This document shows positions 1 to 8,237 of a stretch of 64,000 nucleotides of DNA, in pieces. The notes beneath the pieces are model-generated. The model saw nothing but the letters and a program-made list of their open reading frames with translations. It was not told where the DNA came from and searched no databases. Position 1 is the first letter of the stretch, and each line of letters begins with the position of its first letter. The stretch lies in NCBI GenBank assembly GCA_965204735.1, contig OZ242008.1:3008001-3072000 (forward strand), read 5' to 3'. Source of the DNA: Longimicrobiales bacterium (lineage in GTDB: Bacteria > Gemmatimonadota > Gemmatimonadetes > Longimicrobiales > Gaopeijiaceae). Position numbers and translations under genes: made by a program.

Positions 1-989
1 GTCCGGAGCACGGGGTGACGACGACGCGGGTGCCGTGGGCGGAGGGGCGGTCGAGGTACACGGCGGCGTTCGAGTCGCTGGTGATCGGCTGGTTGCGCGA
101 GGCGAGCGTGCTTGCGGTGTCGCGGCGGCTGCGCTTGAGCTGGACGGCGGTCGCTGGGATCATGGAGCGTGCGGTGCGCCGGGGTTTGGCGCGTCGCGAG
201 ATGCGGGCGCCGCGGCGGCTGAGCGTGGACGAGACGTCGTTCAAGCGGGGCCACAAGTACGTGACGGTGGTGTCGGACTCGGAGACGAAGGACGTGCTGC
301 ACGTGGCGCCGGGCCGTAGCCGCGAAGCGCTGGAGGCGTTCTACCGCACGATGGGCGAGCGGCGGCTGGCGGCGGTCGAGAGCGTGTCGATGGACATGTG
401 GCGGCCCTACGTGGCGGCGACGGAGGCGTGGGTTGCCGACGCGCGCAGCAAGACGGCGTTCGACCGCTTTCACGTGGCCAAGCATCTGGGCGACGCGGTG
501 GACAAGGTGCGGCGCGCCGAGCACAAGGAGCTGAAGGCGCGGGGCAATGCCGTGCTGGCGGGCACGCGGTACCAGTGGCTCCGGGGCGCCGGCAAGAAGA
601 CGCACGCCGAGAAGCTGGCGTTCGCCGAGTTGCGCAAGAGCGTCGAGCGCACGTCCCAGGCCTGGGCGCTCAAGGAAGCGGCGTCGAAGCTGTGGCGATA
701 TCGCAGCCGGGGCTGGGCGCACTCGGCGTGGTTGCGCTGGCTGCAATGGGCGTCGGCCTCCGGGCTCGAGCCGGTCGAGAAGGCGGCGGCGATGGTCCGG
801 ACGCACCTGTGGGGCATCGTCAACGCCGTCGTGCTCGATGCCACCAACGGCCCGGCCGAGGGCGTCAACAGCCGCATCCAAGCGATCAAGGCCCGGTGCC
901 GCGGCTTCCGCAACCAGGACCGCTTCGCCGCGGCCATTCTCTTCCACCTCGGCGGTCTCGACCTCTGTCCGCGCCCCGCCCAGCACTGA
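1..989 (+). CDS. ISL3-family transposase (5' end outside window)
   Basis: Motifs VPWA, SVDETS..GHKYVTVV, SMDMW, FDRFHV and TNGPAEGVNSRIQAIK..RGFRN. Stop at 987-989. Confidence 0.95.
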   Translation, partial: PEHGVTTTRVPWAEGRSRYTAAFESLVIGWLREASVLAVSRRLRLSWTAVAGIMERAVRRGLARREMRAPRRLSVDETSFKRGHKYVTVVSDSETKDVLHVAPGRSREALEAFYRTMGERRLAAVESVSMDMWRPYVAATEAWVADARSKTAFDRFHVAKHLGDAVDKVRRAEHKELKARGNAVLAGTRYQWLRGAGKKTHAEKLAFAELRKSVERTSQAWALKEAASKLWRYRSRGWAHSAWLRWLQWASASGLEPVEKAAAMVRTHLWGIVNAVVLDATNGPAEGVNSRIQAIKARCRGFRNQDRFAAAILFHLGGLDLCPRPAQH

Positions 990-1047
990 CCCGCCGTGCC
1001 CCGTGCCACCTCCGCTCCGTCCAGGTTCCATGTCCCTCCCCACGACA

Positions 1048-2096
1048 TGTCGTACCAATTTAGAAATGTCCGGTCTTACCAAGATAGAAATGTCCTCTTT
1101 CGGGCGATGTTCGGCGGGAGTCGAACTCGTGCCCGGGAGGAGGAGCGAATGGAGTTGAGCTTGAAGGAGCGGGACCGGATCTCGGTGTTGAGGCAGGTGA
1201 GCGAAGGCGTGCTGGCGGCGACCGAACGTCACTTCCGGCGCGTGCGCCGCCGGTTCGAGGCGGCGGGCGACGAGGTGGTCGTGCACGGGCTCCGGGGTCG
1301 GAGGTCGAACCAGTCGCTGCCGTCGGAGACGCGGGGGCGGGTGCTGGCCATGGCCAGGACCCCGACTACGCCGCCTTCGGCGCCACGCTGCTGGCGGAGC
1401 GCGTCGAGCTGAAGCTCCCCCGTCGTCGTCGAACGGCGTCTCTCGGGCGAGCTGCGCTTCCGGCATCGCGGCTGCTACCTGACGCCCAAGGCCTTGGGAT
1501 CGGTCCGGTCCGCGACGCCCAAGCCGGCGTCCGCGCCCGCGACGGCCAAGCCCAGGCCCAAGCCGCCGAAGCCGGGAAGGAATCACCCGTGGAGCAAGCA
1601 CTTCAGCGCCAGCGTGGCTCAGGCCGTGGCCAAGCGGGAACACCGCGCCGCCCACTCCAACGGGACCGGTCCCGAGCAGTGCAGGGCCTCGTCCTGAGCC
1701 CGCAGGCGGGGACGGCGGGTCGCACTCCCCTTCCCGCAAAGGTCGGGCGTGACCGCGGTGTCGGCATCCGTGCCTCCGAGGCTTGCCGGCGCTGCGCAGG
1801 TCGCTCGGCGCACCACGACCGTCCGAGCTGGCAAGCTCAGTGCGAACTGCAAGCCATCGGGGCAGCAGTGTCCAGGCCCGTCCGCGTTGGCGTCCATCCG
1901 GCCAGAGCTTGGCCACGGCGACGATCTCGACTCGCCAGGCCGCCGCTGGCCTTGAAGCGCCCGGACCAGGGCGCCCGGCGCCGTACAGCCCAGGCTTGCT
2001 GGAGCCGCGCGTCCTGCGCCCAACACCTGGCCCTCGGCCTCAGGAAGAACCCATCGTTCACACCACCAGGGGGGACATTTCTACTTTGGCTTGACA
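1048..2096 (+). mobile_element. IS1202-type (ISNCY/IS481-related) element, internally deleted and non-autonomous
   Basis: Left end TGTCGTACCAATTTAGAAATGTCC (1048); right end reverse complement TGTCAAGCCAAAGTAGAAATGTCC (2096). A second TAGAAATGTCC repeat lies at ~1085. Flanked by 17-bp direct repeats TGTCCCTCCCCACGACA (1031-1047) and TGTCCCTCCCCACCACA (2097-2113). Confidence 0.85.
1149..1697 (+). pseudogene. IS1202/ISNCY transposase remnant: N-terminal HTH and C-terminal tail only, DDE core missing
   Basis: MELSLKERDRISVL..RRFEAAG..VHGLRGRRSN, then frameshifted PDYAAFGATLLAE, then C-terminal VVERRLSGELRFRHRG..PKPGRNHPW. No integrase core in between. Confidence 0.8.
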
Positions 2097-2127
2097 TGTC
2101 CCTCCCCACCACATCAGGCGAAGAGCC

Positions 2128-2490
2128 GTGATCGCAATCAATGATGACGACTTCGAGGCACGCCTGTTGGACCTGACGGCGAATGCGAAGCGTGAGGAGG
2201 AAGAAGCGACCATACCGTTTAGCGCGGTTTCCGAGAAAGATCGGGACGAGATGCGGCTGGGCAGCATCTTCCATTGGTCCATCGGATACAATAAGACGAC
2301 CTGGAACAGGACGCGACGGACGATATCGCAAATCGTCTTCCGCGATACGCCCGTTCTGACGCAGAGAGATATGGACGAGGCCTGGGAATGGGCACTCGAA
2401 ACTCGGCGGCTGCTCGGGCTTGACCCTCCCGATCGGCCTGCTGTTCCACTGCCAAGCCCCGATGCGACACCCGACCGTGCGACCGACTGA
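2128..2490 (+). pseudogene. 3' part of an uncharacterised 'WEG'-motif gene (paralogue of 12304-12816), interrupted by ISL3
   Basis: Aligns with the 12304 protein from just after its WEGY motif (F.A.L.D.T...A.IP...S.KD...LG.IF.W.IGY...S.IVFRD.P.LT..DM.EA..WA). Begins exactly at the ISL3 end. Confidence 0.75.
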
Positions 2491-2611
2491 ATTGGGTGTT
2501 CTCTATTGGAACTGATGTCCGTTCCGACACATTGACAACCCGCCGGCGGCAGACGGGAGAGTTCTGTGTGAACGGATCAAGCTCAGTCCGTAACGGAATC
2601 GACACATCATC

Positions 2612-3889
2612 ATGATCCGTCGAATCCAGGCACTGAACTACCGTTGCCTCCGGTACGTCGATCTGTCGCTGGATCGGTTCCATGTGCTGGTGGGACCCAA
2701 CGCCAGCGGCAAGAGTACGCTGTTCGACGTGATGGCGTTCATGGGCGACGTGATTCGCGAAGGCGTTGGCGCAGCCACGGAGAGGCGAACGGAGAACTTT
2801 CAAGACTTGGTTTGGAAAAGGCCGAAGCGCAACATGAGTTTCGAGCTGGCCTTCGAGATCAACGTGCCCGACGACATCAAGGAGAAGCTGCCCCCGGAGA
2901 AGGACGATCGCGTCTTTCGCTACGAGATCGCGATTCGAGAGTCCGACAACGGATGGAAAATCGATTCCGAGCGCGGGCTGTTGATGCCGGAACCCTACAG
3001 GCCGCGTTCCGTGGCTCCCTCGCAGGTGTCTCGTTTCCCCGATCCGCCTCTACCTCCAGGCACAATCCTAGCTGGGGGCGCCCGCCCCGGTCGTCGTACG
3101 ATTTTGAGCAAGTCCCCCGAGGGGACGGACAGTTTCAGTATCGAGACTTCGGACGACCCAGGCAAAAGTTGGGCTACGAGCATAGCCTTCGGCCCAAAGC
3201 ACTCGGCGCTTCGCAACCTGCCAGAGTCACCCGACAAGTTTCCCATGGCCTCCTACGTAAAGTCTTTGGTGGGTGGTGGCATTGATTTCTTGTTTCTCGA
3301 CAGCAAGAAGATGCGCCTGCCGAGCCCTCCACACTCGAATCGCGAACGGTTGTCTTCTGACGGCCATAACCTGCATCGACTTATTGATGTCATGAGGAAA
3401 ACGGACGCGGAGGTCTATCGGGAATGGCTTGAACATGTCCAGACCGTCCTGGAAGACCTCTACGATATTCGAATCGTGGACCAAGAATACAACCGTAGCG
3501 TGTACCTAACCCTTGCCTACGATACCGGCTTGGAGGTTCCGTCGTGGATGGTGTCCGACGGCACCCTGCGATTTCTTGCGATGACCCTGATTCCATACCT
3601 GTCGCAGGATGGTCAAGTGTATTTGCTGGAAGAACCCGAGAACGGGATACATCCACTGGCGCTGGACGCTGTGTACTCGTCCTTGTCATCGGCGTACGAG
3701 TCGCAGGTACTGGTAGCCACGCATTCTCCTTCCTTCTTGTCCCTGGCGTCTCCAGAGGACATTCTTTGTTTTGCGAGGAGCGACGAAGGCGCAACCGGTA
3801 TCGTCAGGGGCAACGACCATCCGATGCTCAAAGAATGGCCAGAAGGCACCGACACCCGGTTGGTATTTGCCGACGGCGTGATCGGATGA
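2612..3889 (+). CDS. AAA_21/ABC-type ATPase resembling the MADS defence ATPase MAD3
   Basis: Walker A GPNASGKST, signature SDGTLRFLA, Walker B LLEEPENGIHP, ATHSP. N-terminal LNYRCLRYV and C-terminal HPMLKEW..FADGVIG resemble MAD3 (from memory of the family). Confidence 0.8.
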   Translation: MIRRIQALNYRCLRYVDLSLDRFHVLVGPNASGKSTLFDVMAFMGDVIREGVGAATERRTENFQDLVWKRPKRNMSFELAFEINVPDDIKEKLPPEKDDRVFRYEIAIRESDNGWKIDSERGLLMPEPYRPRSVAPSQVSRFPDPPLPPGTILAGGARPGRRTILSKSPEGTDSFSIETSDDPGKSWATSIAFGPKHSALRNLPESPDKFPMASYVKSLVGGGIDFLFLDSKKMRLPSPPHSNRERLSSDGHNLHRLIDVMRKTDAEVYREWLEHVQTVLEDLYDIRIVDQEYNRSVYLTLAYDTGLEVPSWMVSDGTLRFLAMTLIPYLSQDGQVYLLEEPENGIHPLALDAVYSSLSSAYESQVLVATHSPSFLSLASPEDILCFARSDEGATGIVRGNDHPMLKEWPEGTDTRLVFADGVIG

Positions 3890-4128
3890 CCGATCCGTTA
3901 TGTCCGCGTCCCAGCATGTCGGTTGGCCGGGCTAACGGCCAGCTGGCGAGAATCCCGGCCAACGGATTTCGTACCCCTGAAATGTCCAGACGACTGTCCC
4001 ATCTGGCAAGCCGATCATGTCCCGACGTCGCCCTTGCGCGGCACTTGACGGGGGGGCTACGATTCGTTCGTGGTCGTTGGTGTGCTTCTGCGAGGGCAAC
4101 GTCTTGTTCCGAACCGGAGGGAGTAGCA

Positions 4129-4407
4129 GTGGACCAGACGCGGGGTGACCAGCAACCAGCCTTGAATCGCGGCCTGCTTTGCGCCCAGTGCGGAGCGCGA
4201 ACGGTCTTCACCGGTGGGCCCGACGACCGTCGCTCCAGCCGAAGTCCGCAACAGCAGGAGGAACACGGGATGAGCCGAGCCGACTTCGCCCGTGCCACGG
4301 GGCTGGGCGAGGCGACAATCGCGGGCTGGGAAGACGGGCTTCTGGTTCCGAACATCGCCGACGAGTGCGATCTGCGGCTCGTCTGTCTTCCGGTTGCTTC
4401 GGCATGA
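4129..4407 (+). pseudogene. Internally deleted MqsA-like Zn-ribbon/XRE-HTH antitoxin remnant
   Basis: RBS GGAGG at 4116, a single CAQC, then HTH GMSRADFARATGLGEATIAGWEDG. Stop overlaps the lmuA ATG (ATGA). Confidence 0.55.
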
Positions 4408-5150
4408 GCGTCACAGCCGCCATGAAGATCATACTCGCCAAGAGGAGCGGAAACAGGTGCGCACGGCCAGGTTGCCAAGTGGTGCTGGCACAGCCGTCCG
4501 AGGCGGAGTCCGCGCTGAGCATTGGGGAAGCCGCCCACATTTCGGGTGCCCGGGCGGGCTCCGCTCGCTACGACTCAAAGATGACGGAACAAGAGCGGAA
4601 CCACGTTGACAACCTGCTGTACCTGTGCAGGAACTGTCACGCGATCATCGATCGCGACGTCGAGTCCTATTCCATTGAGCGCCTCCGCCGGATCAAGACC
4701 GAACACGAAGCCAACGTCCAAGCGGCGATGGACACTAAATTTGCGACCGTGGGGTTCCCCGAGCTGCGGGAAGTGGCCGAGCACTTTTCTTCGGCATCTC
4801 CGATGCCGACCGATTCATCTCTTGATCTGCTGTCGCCTGACGCCAAGATCAAGAAGAACGATCTCGGCCCCGGCTCCCGAAACATGATCACGATGGGACT
4901 CGCCCTCTCATCTACGATTCGCCGGTTCGTCAGCGAGATGGAGTCGAGCGATCCCGACTGGCCCGCCCGCCTCAAGAACGGCTTCGGGTCCGAATACCTT
5001 CGGCTGAGAAAGGACGGACACAGGGGAGACGAACTGTTCGAGCTCATGAGCGCCTATTCCATGCTTGGCTTCCACCAGCCTTGCCACCTGTGCGCCGCAA
5101 TAGCCGTATTGGTGTACATGTTCGAAGCCTGCGAGGTGTTCGAGCGTTGA
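4404..5150 (+). CDS. lmuA: Lamassu/ABC-3C effector: HNH endonuclease plus ABC-3C C-terminal domain
   Basis: RSGNRCARPGC..GEAAHI..ARYD..NLLYLCRNCHAIID (HNH). C-terminus ..GDELFE..VLVYMFEACEVFER is typical of ABC-3C CTDs. First of three coupled genes. Confidence 0.85.
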   Translation: MSVTAAMKIILAKRSGNRCARPGCQVVLAQPSEAESALSIGEAAHISGARAGSARYDSKMTEQERNHVDNLLYLCRNCHAIIDRDVESYSIERLRRIKTEHEANVQAAMDTKFATVGFPELREVAEHFSSASPMPTDSSLDLLSPDAKIKKNDLGPGSRNMITMGLALSSTIRRFVSEMESSDPDWPARLKNGFGSEYLRLRKDGHRGDELFELMSAYSMLGFHQPCHLCAAIAVLVYMFEACEVFER

Positions 5151-5371
5151 TCTTGCCGACCAAGCACGTCTCGGAGGCTAGGTCCTTGCTGGCGGCCGGT
5201 GCCCTGTTGCTCCATCGACTCGATCAGCCGCGGACCGTAACCGAGCTTTGGGAAGCTGTGAGAGGCGAGGAGATCGCCTCCTTCGACCGCTTCGTCCTAG
5301 CGGCGGAGATGCTGTACGCACTCGGCGCCGTGGATTTTCGCGACGGACTTCTGGAGAAGCACCGGCGATGA
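5147..5371 (+). CDS. lmuC: ABC-3C middle component (MC6-like) / LmuC
   Basis: TTG start overlaps the upstream stop. MILPTKH..SLL..GA.LL..L..PRTVTELWE..FDRFVLA..LYALG, 74 aa. Confidence 0.8.
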   Translation: MILPTKHVSEARSLLAAGALLLHRLDQPRTVTELWEAVRGEEIASFDRFVLAAEMLYALGAVDFRDGLLEKHRR

Positions 5372-7110
5372 TTCATCGGATCGCCGCCAACCGCCCGTCG
5401 TTTCGGGCCGTGGAGTTCGGGGCCGGTCTCAACATCGTCCTCGCGGACCGGACCGAGGCGGCGACCGACAAGGACACGAGGAACGGACTGGGCAAGTCCA
5501 CCTTGATCGACATCATCGATTTCTGCTTGGGCACTCGAGTGCGAAAGGGCGAGGGGCTGGTCATCGACGCGCTTGCCGGGTGGGAGTTTACGCTTGAGTT
5601 CTCATTGGGCCAGGAGCGATTCGCGGCGACGCGGGCGGTGGACAGACCGACCAAGTTCAAGGTCGTCTACCATGGATCGACCGCAACCCCACCATTGGCC
5701 ACCCTGTTCGGCGACGGCCTTTACAGACAAGCCGAATGGCGCGGCCTGCTCAGCAAACGCATGTTCAGCTTGAACGGCGACGAGAGTCGCAAGTACGGCC
5801 CCTCGTATCGCAGCTTGCTTTCTTACTTTGTTCGTCGGGGCGGAGCAGCCTACTTGGACCCGTTTCGCCATCACGACAAACAGCAGCCGTGGAATCGGCA
5901 GGTGAACGTCGCGTACTTGCTGGGCCTGCACTGGAAGACCGCATCGCAGCAGCAGGCGCTCAAGGATAAGGAGAAGTCGGTGAAGCAGCTTGAACAGGCC
6001 GCCGACGCCGCGAACGAACTTGAAGGCAGCACCACAATCGGCGCGATGGAGGCAACAAGGGTGCTTCTGAAGAACCGCCTGGCCGCCGAACGGAAGGCGT
6101 TGGACGACTTCAGGGTGCACCCTCAGTACGCATCGATCCAGCAGGAAGCGGACCGGTTGACGGCCGAGATCCACGAACTGACCGACGCAAACGTCAAGGA
6201 CCAAATGATGCTCCGACGATATCGCGAATCCGTGGACGACAAGGAAAAACCGCCGACTGTGCCAGTCACCCGCTTGTACGAAGAAGTCGGTGTCGTGTTC
6301 TCGGACGCCGTTCGTCGCAAGCTTGCCGATACGAAGCGGTTTCGCGAGCAAATCATAGCAAACAGAAGAGAGTTTCTTGCGACGGAGATCAAGAGACTGG
6401 GGGAGCGAATTGCCGCACGTGAACGCGAGATCAAGGCACTGAGCGACGAGCGGGCAGAACACCTTGATATCTTGAAGACCCACGGCGCGTTGGAAGAGAT
6501 GACCCGGCTTCAAGAACGAGTCGTCGGCATTCGTGAGAAGCTGGAGAGAGTGACGACCGCGATCGGCCAGCGCAGGACGCTGGAGGCCAAGAAGCGCGAG
6601 ATCAAGATGCAAAGAGGCGACCTGGAACAAGTCGCCCAGCGAGCCCACGAGGAGCGCAGGGCCGTATGGAGCCGCGCCATTGCACTGTTCAACGAGAACT
6701 CGCAAAGGCTGTACGAAGCGCCTGGAGAGCTGATCATCGACGTGGGAGACAACGGCTTTTCATACGATGTGGAGATCGACAAGAGCGGAAGCGACGGCGT
6801 GGACAAGATGAAGATATTCTGCTTCGACCTGATGCTGCTTCAGTCCAGACCGGAGCACCAGGGGATCGACTTTCTGATTCACGACAGCACCATCTTCGAC
6901 GGCGTGGACTCGCGGCAGCGGGCACGCGCCCTGGAGCGGGCGAACGCCGTCGGCGACCGTTTGGGCAAGCAGTACATCTGTACCTTCAACTCTGACATGG
7001 TGCCCCGCGACGACTTCAGCCACGACTTCGACTTCGACCACCACGTCAAGCTCCATCTCACGGACGACGACCCATCGGGCAGCCTGCTGGGCTTCTCGTT
7101 CAACCGATGA
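5368..7110 (+). CDS. lmuB: Lamassu SMC-like ABC ATPase (DUF2326)
   Basis: Walker A NGLGKST, long central coiled coil, C-terminal KMKIFCFDL..FLIHDSTIFDGVD..QYICTFNSD..LLGFSF. Confidence 0.88.
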   Translation: MIHRIAANRPSFRAVEFGAGLNIVLADRTEAATDKDTRNGLGKSTLIDIIDFCLGTRVRKGEGLVIDALAGWEFTLEFSLGQERFAATRAVDRPTKFKVVYHGSTATPPLATLFGDGLYRQAEWRGLLSKRMFSLNGDESRKYGPSYRSLLSYFVRRGGAAYLDPFRHHDKQQPWNRQVNVAYLLGLHWKTASQQQALKDKEKSVKQLEQAADAANELEGSTTIGAMEATRVLLKNRLAAERKALDDFRVHPQYASIQQEADRLTAEIHELTDANVKDQMMLRRYRESVDDKEKPPTVPVTRLYEEVGVVFSDAVRRKLADTKRFREQIIANRREFLATEIKRLGERIAAREREIKALSDERAEHLDILKTHGALEEMTRLQERVVGIREKLERVTTAIGQRRTLEAKKREIKMQRGDLEQVAQRAHEERRAVWSRAIALFNENSQRLYEAPGELIIDVGDNGFSYDVEIDKSGSDGVDKMKIFCFDLMLLQSRPEHQGIDFLIHDSTIFDGVDSRQRARALERANAVGDRLGKQYICTFNSDMVPRDDFSHDFDFDHHVKLHLTDDDPSGSLLGFSFNR

Positions 7111-7139
7111 CTCTCCACTTCCTTACCACTCCAGGGCCC

Positions 7140-7329
7140 CGGCAGGCAGAGACTCCGACTCGGCCCGGACCGACCACAAACAAGGACCCGCTCGACGGTC
7201 CGCTACGAGCTCTCCTCCGAGGACGGCTTGACGACAGACGAGGACGGCCCGAAAATGATCATGGAGCGGCTGTCCCGGTTCGTGAGCGGATCGACGGCCG
7301 TATCGGCTACCGGAACGGAAGAGGGCTGA
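7140..7329 (+). pseudogene. C-terminal remnant of a DUF499-type ATPase gene (copy 1)
   Basis: One frame reads ..RYELSSEDGLTTDEDGPKMIMERLSRFVSGSTAVSATGTEEG*, resembling the DUF499 C-terminus. Repeated at 11287-11441, upstream of DUF1156 in both cases. Confidence 0.55.
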
Positions 7330-7330
7330 C

Positions 7331-7480
7331 GTGACAAGACCAAGCCGAACTTCCCCTGCGGCCTTCCCCTTGTCCGCGCCCCAGTACGAGCTTCGGACGC
7401 GCAGCCGCGGACCGGGCGTTCTCCGCCGCTTCGCCCGTGGCGGCGTGCGGTGCCTGCTGGCGGAAGCGGGACGGAAGTAG
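7331..7480 (+). pseudogene. In-frame internally deleted remnant of the small DUF499-associated gene (copy 1)
   Basis: 49-aa ORF VTRPSRTSPAAFPLSAPQYELRTRSRGPG..RCLLAEAGRK*. Shares head and tail with 11443-11619 but keeps a different internal piece. Confidence 0.55.
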
Positions 7481-7484
7481 GGCG

Positions 7485-7752
7485 ATGCGGATCGAGCCGA
7501 GGTACGTAGCGTGGCCGTACGCCTGTCCGGCGAGTTCAATCCCCAGGAACTCACCCTACTTGGTTCGCGCAACGCGACCTGCTGCCACGTGACATGACGG
7601 ACGCCACCGAGGTGGAGGAGCGAGGCGGCAGAATCTGGTTCACGACCGACTGGCTCCGGTTTTGGGCAGATTCGGAAGGATTAGCACGCATGCCACATCA
7701 CCAGTTGTCACCCTATCGAAGCTTACTCAGCCACTTGGTGGAGGGAATATGA
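7485..7752 (+). pseudogene. Collapsed remnants of the 11624 gene (7485-7684) and of the 5' end of the 12304 gene (7690-7752)
   Basis: Matches 11624-11817, then jumps to 12291-12330 (..GATTCGGA|AGGATTAGCACGCATGCCAC..). The stub at 7690-7752 ends overlapping the ATG at 7749. Confidence 0.8.
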
Positions 7753-8237
7753 GCACACGACAGACGCTCGGACGCTGGATCAAGGTGAAGCCCGACAGCT
7801 ACGTGGAACCGACTGAAGATGTAGAACCTGGGGTATTCGTTTCTCCCTATGACATCCCTAACCGGATTCGAGTAGGCTACGACAAGGGCCTCGGCCGATT
7901 CGTGGCGGAGTTTCACTATATGGTAGATGAGAAGTATCGACGCCTATCTGGCGATGGAGTTCGCTATCGTCTGGGCAAGCATTCCGGCCGCATCATAGGC
8001 GTGGAGACCGATCGTCAGGATGGGCAGATGTCCGTACGGATCAAGGAGAACGAAGACGCCTATCAAGCGATACTGGAGGCGATGGGGAACGTCGGTACCG
8101 TAGCGGGCAACATGGCAAGGGGGCGAGAGAATCATGTGGTGGCGAAGAGGGTTCTCGAAGACTACCAAGACGTCATCGTTCAAGACATGCTGGCTGTTGC
8201 CAGTGACACGGTGACCGATAGAGTGCCGGGGAGATGA
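7749..8237 (+). CDS. Hypothetical protein (defence-island cargo, 162 aa)
   Basis: RBS GGAG(G), ATG at 7749, stop overlaps the DUF1156 ATG. Lower-GC coding; motif [25 protein letters not shown]. Confidence 0.7.
   Translation: MSTRQTLGRWIKVKPDSYVEPTEDVEPGVFVSPYDIPNRIRVGYDKGLGRFVAEFHYMVDEKYRRLSGDGVRYRLGKHSGRIIGVETDRQDGQMSVRIKENEDAYQAILEAMGNVGTVAGNMARGRENHVVAKRVLEDYQDVIVQDMLAVASDTVTDRVPGR

Larger units (their letters stand above)
1..2127 (+). mobile_element. ISL3-family insertion sequence (left end outside window), interrupted near its right end by a nested IS
   Basis: ISL3 transposase ORF plus a right terminus ending ...GGCGAAGAGCC at 2127 (reverse complement GGCTCTTC, the typical ISL3 end). 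A truncated gene resumes at 2128. Confidence 0.85.

Noticed and set aside
3922..3963. 10-bp inverted repeat GTTGGCCGGG/CCCGGCCAAC
   Set aside because: Single short GC-rich hairpin with no U-tract or other support.
7107..7334. 75-aa ORF after lmuB as a fourth Lamassu gene
   Set aside because: Mostly an off-frame reading of the duplicated DUF499-tail remnant.
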